A stretch of DNA of 64,000 nt from an uncultured Fidelibacterota bacterium (lineage in GTDB: Bacteria > Fidelibacterota > Marinisomatia > Marinisomatales > UBA1611): contig CACEUX010000002.1 in NCBI GenBank assembly GCA_902562835.1, forward strand, positions 35,104-99,103, read 5' to 3'. The notes beneath the pieces were generated by a model that saw only the letters and a program-made list of their open reading frames with translations, ran no database searches and was not told the origin of the DNA. Positions within the stretch are counted from its first letter, which is position 1. The number at the start of each line of letters is the position of its first letter. Shown in pieces: positions 57,561 to 64,000 of this stretch. Both the position numbers and the translations under genes were made by a program.

Positions 57561-57987
57561 ACTGTATACCTTTTATCTCAATTTGCCTTGATTTGGAATT
57601 GTTTTGAATTCTAGCAAATTTGACCTGAATCACATCATTATCTAAAATATCGCCAATAATATCAGCCCATTCGATAACTGTTATTCCATCTTCGGCTGTT
57701 AAGTACTCCTCACCACCAATATTTAAAAAATCTTTTGACCCCTCTAGTCTATAGGCATCTATATGGTAAAGTACAGAGTCAGTACCTACATATTCTGAAA
57801 CAAGTTTAAATGTAGGTGAGCCCACGTTTTCTAAAATACCTAATGCTTTAGCTAGACCCTTAGTAAATGTTGTTTTCCCTGTACCCAGATTACCAATCAA
57901 GGCGATTACATTGCCTTTGGAAATACTTTGTGCAAACTTTCTGGCTAAATAATATGTATCATCCACAGATTGGCTATTGAATACCAC
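57550..57987 (-). CDS. tsaE: tRNA t6A37 biosynthesis ATPase TsaE
   Basis: Walker A GNLGTGKTTF, the SPTF motif, HIDAYRL and the C-terminal IEW. Confidence 0.9.
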   Translation of the reverse strand: MVFNSQSVDDTYYLARKFAQSISKGNVIALIGNLGTGKTTFTKGLAKALGILENVGSPTFKLVSEYVGTDSVLYHIDAYRLEGSKDFLNIGGEEYLTAEDGITVIEWADIIGDILDNDVIQVKFARIQNNSKSRQIEIKGIQFDF

Positions 57988-59546
57988 TAGTTCTTACCCT
58001 TCATAATTGCTAGAGGAATTATCATTTCTTCCAAACTTATTCCGCCATGTTGAAAAGAATTATTGAATTTTTCTTGATATTTATGTGCCTCGTTCGGATA
58101 AACAAAATAATTATCATCTTTTGCAATAACATAACTTGGCTGCGCTCCAAATACGGGGAGCCTATATTTTTCTGGTTCTTTTATAACAAGAGCATGCTTT
58201 TCATTCGTATTAAGGTTTCTGCCATATTTATATCGGACTCCTGAAGATGCATTCCGATCAGCTGCAACCATAACATCATTCTGTACGCGAATACTCCCAT
58301 GGTCACTTGTCATTATTACAGTAAAACCTGTATCTGCTAAATGCTTGAGAACCTGAAATAACCAGGAATGTTCCAACCAATATTTTACAGTAGTCCTGTA
58401 ACTAGATTCGTTGGGAACCATTTCTTTTAGAACATCAGTTTGTGAGCTCTTGTGAGCAAGTATATCTACAAAATTAACAACAAGAGCAATCATATCTTTA
58501 TTGGCATAGTCTTTGATTCGACCCTCAAATTTCTTACCCTCTTCTACTGCCCATATCTTATGATAATGTACTGATTTATCAGTCATCCCTGACCTCTTAA
58601 TCTGATCAATAAGAAATTCTTTTTCATGCTGATTTAAACTTGCTGCATCAGAAACCATGTCAAGTCTTTGTTTTGGATATTTCGATACCATTTCATCAGG
58701 AAACATGCCACAAAAAATAGCATTCCTCGAATATGGAGTAGCAGTAGGTATTAGTGATAGACAATATTTAAGATCAATCGTAAACAATGTTTCTAATAAA
58801 GGCACCATTGCTTTAAAATGGTCATAACGCATACAATCTAAGACCAATAAACAAATTTTATTTCCTTTCTCCAGATCTGGTTTTAGGTAGCTTCTAAATA
58901 TATCATTTGGAAGGACAGGGCGATTACTGTCACTCATCCAAGTATGATAATGAGCTTGGATAAAGTTGGAAAATTCTTTGTTACATGTTTTGATCTGTTC
59001 TTCTAAAATGTTACTAAGGCCGGTTTCTCTATAAATGTCAAATTTTAATTGCCAATTGACCAGCCTATCATAGAGATTCCACCAATCATCAGCATCAAGT
59101 TGCTCATTTATTAATTGATCAATCTCCTGAAATTCTTTTAGGTATTCACTTGTAGCTTTTTGCTCAAGAAGTTTATCCTCTTCGAGTGCTTTTTTACATG
59201 CCATAAAAATTTGGCTGGGATTAACAGGCTTAATTAAAAATTGTTGTACCTGCTCAGTCATTGCCTCATCCATAAGCCATTCATCCTCTGTCTTGGTAAT
59301 CATTATAATAAGTTGACTTGAACGGTCTTTTTTTATTGCTGCAAGAGTTTCAAGGCCATCCATCCCTGGCATAGACTGATCGAGAAGTATTAGGTCAAAG
59401 GCGTTTTCTTTACATAATTCAATGGCATCTTGACCATTTGAGGCTTTAGATAAAGAATAACCTTTTTCTTCTAAAAATAATATATGAGGTTTTAGATGTT
59501 CAATTTCATCATCTACCCATAGAATATTTCCTCTAGAATAAGTCAT
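57987..59546 (-). CDS. porX: PorX-type response regulator (REC domain + PglZ/alkaline-phosphatase-superfamily domain)
   Basis: ILWVDDEIEHLKPHILFLEEKGY...DLILLDQSMPGMDGLETL...FLIKPVNPSQI is the characteristic PorX receiver domain. The C-terminal ~380 aa are PglZ-like (VLDCMRYD...TSDHGS). The 519-aa length matches the PorX architecture. Confidence 0.85.
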   Translation of the reverse strand: MTYSRGNILWVDDEIEHLKPHILFLEEKGYSLSKASNGQDAIELCKENAFDLILLDQSMPGMDGLETLAAIKKDRSSQLIIMITKTEDEWLMDEAMTEQVQQFLIKPVNPSQIFMACKKALEEDKLLEQKATSEYLKEFQEIDQLINEQLDADDWWNLYDRLVNWQLKFDIYRETGLSNILEEQIKTCNKEFSNFIQAHYHTWMSDSNRPVLPNDIFRSYLKPDLEKGNKICLLVLDCMRYDHFKAMVPLLETLFTIDLKYCLSLIPTATPYSRNAIFCGMFPDEMVSKYPKQRLDMVSDAASLNQHEKEFLIDQIKRSGMTDKSVHYHKIWAVEEGKKFEGRIKDYANKDMIALVVNFVDILAHKSSQTDVLKEMVPNESSYRTTVKYWLEHSWLFQVLKHLADTGFTVIMTSDHGSIRVQNDVMVAADRNASSGVRYKYGRNLNTNEKHALVIKEPEKYRLPVFGAQPSYVIAKDDNYFVYPNEAHKYQEKFNNSFQHGGISLEEMIIPLAIMKGKN

Positions 59547-59595
59547 ATATAAATCCTTATAAACTTATATAAAAAAATTTCTCAACGAATATTAT

Positions 59596-62148
59596 CTATT
59601 TTGAAGTCATTTTCCATACGCCATCCCAATCTTTACCAGGAGGGTTATCTTTGAACATAATACATCTTTTGATATAAACTGCCGATGGAGTGGTATTCCT
59701 CGCAGTAAAATGTTCCTCCATTTTTTCAGCACTTTTAAACGCATTGATAGCTTTTTCCCACTCTTGCTGGTAGTAATAATCAAGACCATTTTCAAATTTT
59801 CTTACAAGACCAACGATTGAATTATTCACATTACTCTTTTGTGCGACTAATTCATAAACTTTTACTGGTATTTTTTTACCTTTGACCTGAACAAAATCTA
59901 GAAACCTAAAAATAAAATTATCTTTGGCAGCTTCATATATATTTTCTCCGACAAAATTGTATACGCCATAATGTTTAGCAGATGATTCAAGTCTTGCTGC
60001 GAGATTGACTGTATCACCCATCATAGTATAATTCATTCTCATTTCTGAACCCATATTACCAGTAACCATTTTACCACTATTTAATCCAATCCGATGTTGC
60101 ATTGAGTAAACGATATCTGGCCAATCATTTTCTTTTTGCCATTTTTCTCTTAATCCATTTAATGCCTCTTGCATGGCTAAAGCTGTAGTGCAAGATTTTA
60201 ATTCATGGTCTATAACAGGAGCAGGTGCACCATAAAATGCAACAATTGCATCACCAATATATTTATCAAGTGTACCTTCATTATCTAAGATAACCTGTGA
60301 CATAACTGTTAAATATTCGTTCATTAAAGATACCATTCGCTCAGGTTCAAGTGCTTCAGAGAATGTTGAAAAATCTTGTATATCAGAAAAAAATGCTGTG
60401 TGATGTCCTTCTACACCGCCAAGTTTTGGGGCTTGTTTTTCTTCATACATTTTGTCTAACACCTTAGGAGCAATATAGGTTCCAAAAGTCTCCCTTAAAA
60501 ATTTCTTATCCTGTTGTTCATGCAGAAACTGAAAAATTATATTGCTAGCATAGGTAAAGACTAAACCTGCCATTGGAGCAATGATCGGCATAACATACGA
60601 CTCACCTAGATTTGGTAAAGCCACTTGTAATTGATTATAGAAATTGTCATAAAGAGAATTTGGAAGCAGATTTGATATTAATGATTTCCAAAACCACAAA
60701 TAGTCATTAGCAAACATGCCCATAGCAAATGCGTAATAAAGTAATCCCTCAGAAAAAATAATTAAACCTGCCACAATTGGATGTAGATCTATTTTAGTTA
60801 AAAGTGCATATGCGATCATACATAAAGAGAATATCAATAAAAAGTTTGCTAAAGGATAGGAAGCTCCTTCAGCTAAATAACGGGTGGTTTTGCCTCCAAA
60901 TACATTGATATAATTTTCATGAAGGATGGTTTGGATAGCATTTGCATGTGTCTCCATTCCAGGTGTTAATTGACTTAAATCCATATAATTATAAAATGGA
61001 GTGGATTTAACATCATGTATAACCTCTACATTCACACCAAGTATAACGATCTTATTGAAAAAGGGTGATTTTGTTATATCAAAATCCTCTCCAATCCCCA
61101 TCAAAGACATCATTTCATATCTTTCAGAATCATCCTCTATTGCAAGGATCCAATCAGGCACCTCACCGGCAATAAATTGACTCATCCAATCTATATCTTC
61201 TGGTAAATCGTAATCTTGTGTATCTAAAACTTGTGATAGAGAGAATCTTGGAAATGTACCCCAAGGTTTATAGTTATCATTGCCTGGAAATTTATATCCA
61301 GATGGCGGACCGTAATAATTAACCAAAAAATTGTTTGTTCGTCCATACGATCTGATTCGTAGATCTCCAAACTCCCAAGTCAATTCTTTAGCATTAAAGA
61401 TAGGTACTACTGTATCTGAAATATCTAAAAAGGATTTCACGCATTTTAATCCCAATGTAAGATATGCCGTCTCTGGCTTATGTTCCATATATCCTGCAAT
61501 ACTGTATTGACGAGAAAAACCATCAGTATCTAACATATCATTGATCAGACCCGTTTCAGGCCCAGCATTCATTATTTCAGGCACAGGATAAGCTATATAT
61601 GTAGGAGGTATTCTTGTTGGCTCACGAACCATCTTTACGTCCATTACAATGGCCGTACCATTTTTTTGAGCGTTTTTAATAGACTCTGCTAATAGACTAT
61701 CTCCATGACCTGGTAGATACTGTTGAAATTCACTTGGTAGACTACCGCTAACGCTTCTGAGATATTCTGATCTGGCATCTGGTGAATCGAACTGAACATC
61801 AAAAGCAATGACGCTTGCCCCTGCCTTACTTAAATTATCCACAGCCCTTGCCCATATATCGCCTCGAGGATATGGCCAAGGCACTTTTTTATCTTTAAGA
61901 ATTCTCCATGTTTCATCGTCAACTTCCACAAGCACTACATCAGTTCCTTTATTGATAATTGTTGAATCACTTGCACGCCAACCAGTAAGCGGACCTCTCA
62001 CACTGTTGAAACGATAATCATATGTTTTAAGTTCTAAAAAATCAAAAAACCCAACCCAATGAAAAAAGCATGTAAAAATGATAGCACCCATTGTTAGGCT
62101 GAGGTCAACCACATGATTTTGTAAAAACCGTTTAATATTATTTATCAA
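59596..62148 (-). CDS. CHASE2-sensor class III adenylate/guanylate cyclase with C-terminal TPR-like tail
   Basis: TTG start. TM1, then a ~370-aa extracytoplasmic CHASE2-like domain (ELKTYDYRF...), then 3-4 TM helices. The cyclase domain carries FFSDIQDFSTFSE, KYIGDAIVAFYGAP and GDTVNLAARLES (nt ~59981-60019). Confidence 0.88.
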   Translation of the reverse strand: MINNIKRFLQNHVVDLSLTMGAIIFTCFFHWVGFFDFLELKTYDYRFNSVRGPLTGWRASDSTIINKGTDVVLVEVDDETWRILKDKKVPWPYPRGDIWARAVDNLSKAGASVIAFDVQFDSPDARSEYLRSVSGSLPSEFQQYLPGHGDSLLAESIKNAQKNGTAIVMDVKMVREPTRIPPTYIAYPVPEIMNAGPETGLINDMLDTDGFSRQYSIAGYMEHKPETAYLTLGLKCVKSFLDISDTVVPIFNAKELTWEFGDLRIRSYGRTNNFLVNYYGPPSGYKFPGNDNYKPWGTFPRFSLSQVLDTQDYDLPEDIDWMSQFIAGEVPDWILAIEDDSERYEMMSLMGIGEDFDITKSPFFNKIVILGVNVEVIHDVKSTPFYNYMDLSQLTPGMETHANAIQTILHENYINVFGGKTTRYLAEGASYPLANFLLIFSLCMIAYALLTKIDLHPIVAGLIIFSEGLLYYAFAMGMFANDYLWFWKSLISNLLPNSLYDNFYNQLQVALPNLGESYVMPIIAPMAGLVFTYASNIIFQFLHEQQDKKFLRETFGTYIAPKVLDKMYEEKQAPKLGGVEGHHTAFFSDIQDFSTFSEALEPERMVSLMNEYLTVMSQVILDNEGTLDKYIGDAIVAFYGAPAPVIDHELKSCTTALAMQEALNGLREKWQKENDWPDIVYSMQHRIGLNSGKMVTGNMGSEMRMNYTMMGDTVNLAARLESSAKHYGVYNFVGENIYEAAKDNFIFRFLDFVQVKGKKIPVKVYELVAQKSNVNNSIVGLVRKFENGLDYYYQQEWEKAINAFKSAEKMEEHFTARNTTPSAVYIKRCIMFKDNPPGKDWDGVWKMTSK

Positions 62149-64000
62149 AACCTATACCCTAATGAAAGGTTAAAACCTGAACTATTAGTTGACCAGTTCT
62201 CTCTTTTTTCATCGATCTTGCCATCTCCATTATTATCTTTTTGATCAGAACTGTGACCTGAGTTATTGACCATCCTAATTGAGCTAATAAAACTTAATGT
62301 CAACTTATCAAGAATATCCCAATCACCACCTATTTTACCACCATAAAGTTCTATAGAAGAATTATCTTTTTTCCCATTTGTTGTAAAATCTATACCACCT
62401 CTTAATCTCAGTTTATTTTTATAAAGACCATATTGACCAGATGTACTTAGGGACATCCAGGTATTGGTCTGCTGCTGTGCTTCATTATTTTCATCTAGAA
62501 ACGGGACTATAATTTTAGATTGATTAAAGGATGAAGTAGTTTTCAGACCAAATTGAAAACGGGTAGACAGTGTTGCAGATATTGATTGAGTTTCTGCTTT
62601 TTGGAAAAAATAGTCTTTATTTCTTTCAGATGCTAAGTTATCTGTATAGGAAATTGAATTCAAATTTATTGATGAGGTCGTTGTGAAATTATTAAAATTC
62701 CCTGGAATATTCACTGATGCCATCACATTAAGAGCTTGCGAATTTTCTCTATTATCTCCAAGATAGTTACCATACTGATCTGTATCGATCGAATCAATAC
62801 CATTCGTTCTACCTATAGATTGAATATTCAATATAATTGATGGTGCCCCTGGCCCAGGCACCAAGGTAGTATTAACAGAAAATGTCCTAGTTGCAATTGG
62901 ATGCACAACAAGTTCTGACAATTTATTATCACGGTATTTGTAGCCCAAAACAAACATCAAACGCCTGCCTAGAGTTGATAATCTGTCGTTTATAGTAAAC
63001 TCACGAATATTGTTGGTCAAATATGGATTACCAAAACTTCTATATCCTGGTCCAAGTTGTCTGTATTGTATCAAAACATTATTAAATGAGTAACTACCCT
63101 TAACACGAAAATAATAAGCTGATGCTGGCATATTCAAGAATGCCCTAAACTGATTGTCCTCTGCTGCAATCGGATCAATGGGCAATATTGGTGTCATAAA
63201 TAATGGATTAACAGTAAAAACATCCTCATATGCATCTATAAAATCACCTAATGTAGAAACATCATAACTACCCATCAGTTTACCATCCACAAGCGTATCC
63301 ATTAAAATATCCAATGAATCTTTTTTTGCTGCACCTGCCCAGATATTATAATTCGTTAGGCTCATATTCCAACCCATTTGAAATAGAAGCTTCCTATTAT
63401 CCATAGCTGCCTCTAGATCAAATCCCATTACTAAATTTTCTTGTGGTGTTCCATCATCCCAATTCTTTTTCTTAATTTTTACAGTATCCCCATTTGCTAA
63501 CGAATCGATAAACTGAGATAATGTGTATTCTTGAATAAGTGAATCACCAAAGATGGTTGTATCAACTCTAAATAGGCTACTACCAGGGGCACGTATTTTA
63601 ATTTTCTCGAAGTCATCCTTAGCCTTAAGAAAGTGGATACCTGCTTTATAACGATTATTTAAGGAGAAAGCTAACCTTGATGCGGTTATGTCTCTAGGGA
63701 ACGTATAACCCTTACGATTAAATAGGTATACCCGGTTGCCAAATTCATCATAACGTATATCAGTTGTCAATAATTCATAAGCCCGATTTAGACCATTTTG
63801 AAATTGAACATCTCTGGTCAGTTTACCGCTAACTGTTTGTATCTCAACCGTCCCTTTAAGGTCAAATGCAAATAAATCCCTGCCAAGAAGATTAATGCCA
63901 TCAAATCCGAAGCCATAATTAATATTCACATCAATATGACGACCATTTACTTTTTTTCCATCAAGAATAAAAGGTGAAATAGAGGGATAAACATCGCCAT
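62145..64000 (-). CDS. Outer-membrane beta-barrel protein of unknown function (C-terminal ~618 aa; continues past the right edge)
   Basis: The ORF-track start at 63929 is a GTG inside an open frame. I translated upstream to nt 63996-63998, the last full codon before the window edge, and found no stop (..GDVYPSISPFILDGKKVNGRHID-V-NINYGF..). The sequence shows an alternating amphipathic beta-strand pattern and the C-terminal signature FNLSLGYRF. Its stop overlaps the cyclase start (TTGA). Confidence 0.6.
   Translation of the reverse strand, partial: GDVYPSISPFILDGKKVNGRHIDVNINYGFGFDGINLLGRDLFAFDLKGTVEIQTVSGKLTRDVQFQNGLNRAYELLTTDIRYDEFGNRVYLFNRKGYTFPRDITASRLAFSLNNRYKAGIHFLKAKDDFEKIKIRAPGSSLFRVDTTIFGDSLIQEYTLSQFIDSLANGDTVKIKKKNWDDGTPQENLVMGFDLEAAMDNRKLLFQMGWNMSLTNYNIWAGAAKKDSLDILMDTLVDGKLMGSYDVSTLGDFIDAYEDVFTVNPLFMTPILPIDPIAAEDNQFRAFLNMPASAYYFRVKGSYSFNNVLIQYRQLGPGYRSFGNPYLTNNIREFTINDRLSTLGRRLMFVLGYKYRDNKLSELVVHPIATRTFSVNTTLVPGPGAPSIILNIQSIGRTNGIDSIDTDQYGNYLGDNRENSQALNVMASVNIPGNFNNFTTTSSINLNSISYTDNLASERNKDYFFQKAETQSISATLSTRFQFGLKTTSSFNQSKIIVPFLDENNEAQQQTNTWMSLSTSGQYGLYKNKLRLRGGIDFTTNGKKDNSSIELYGGKIGGDWDILDKLTLSFISSIRMVNNSGHSSDQKDNNGDGKIDEKRENWSTNSSGFNLSLGYRF

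Noticed and set aside
1-64000. A search by eye for tRNA (T-arm GGTTCGAAT-type boxes), rRNA, transposase or IS inverted repeats, and integrases.
   Set aside because: None was recognised. The few intergenic spacers longer than 100 nt (691-800, 4584-4692, 10412-10574, 16469-16610, 20241-20466, 52119-52298) show no cloverleaf-like or known ncRNA consensus. A proper tRNAscan or Rfam run is still needed.

Overview
This is an AT-rich, very gene-dense bacterial chromosomal segment. I call about 54 CDS, roughly 50 of them on the minus strand. I could not recognise any rRNA, tRNA, CRISPR array, transposase or integrase by eye. Two features point to an FCB-superphylum (Bacteroidota-like) diderm, probably an uncultivated marine lineage: a T9SS-type C-terminal sorting domain (NFPNPFNPST...) and a PorX-type response regulator. 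Finer taxonomy cannot be set from the sequence alone.

Most of the window is core housekeeping: pyrE-pyrF, hflX, rsmB-fmt-def-yajC, holA, putP, uppP, pgeF, guaA, surE, accD, rimI-tsaB-tsaE, and a DsbD/TlpA redox pair.

The parts worth a second look are:
1. An exported 1373-aa protein built from about 58 tandem MORN repeats. It sits in a small operon with a YwqK/MORN-variant protein, a 2-TM peptide and a BamE-like lipoprotein.
2. An M1 metallopeptidase fused to an Omp85-type beta-barrel (IRGF and FFDGG motifs).
3. A 1260-aa T9SS cargo carrying both dockerin-like and cohesin-like modules.
4. A two-gene nuclease cassette: a RecB-fold PD-(D/E)XK nuclease plus a DEDDh exonuclease with a DUF5710-like tail.
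5. A glycan locus combining a GtrB/CsbB-type polyprenol-phosphate glycosyltransferase, a YfhO-like GT-C, three more GT2-like enzymes and two sulfotransferases.
6. An outer-membrane barrel, CHASE2 class III nucleotidyl cyclase and PorX gene string.

All functional calls come from motif recognition in the supplied translations. No database search was run.
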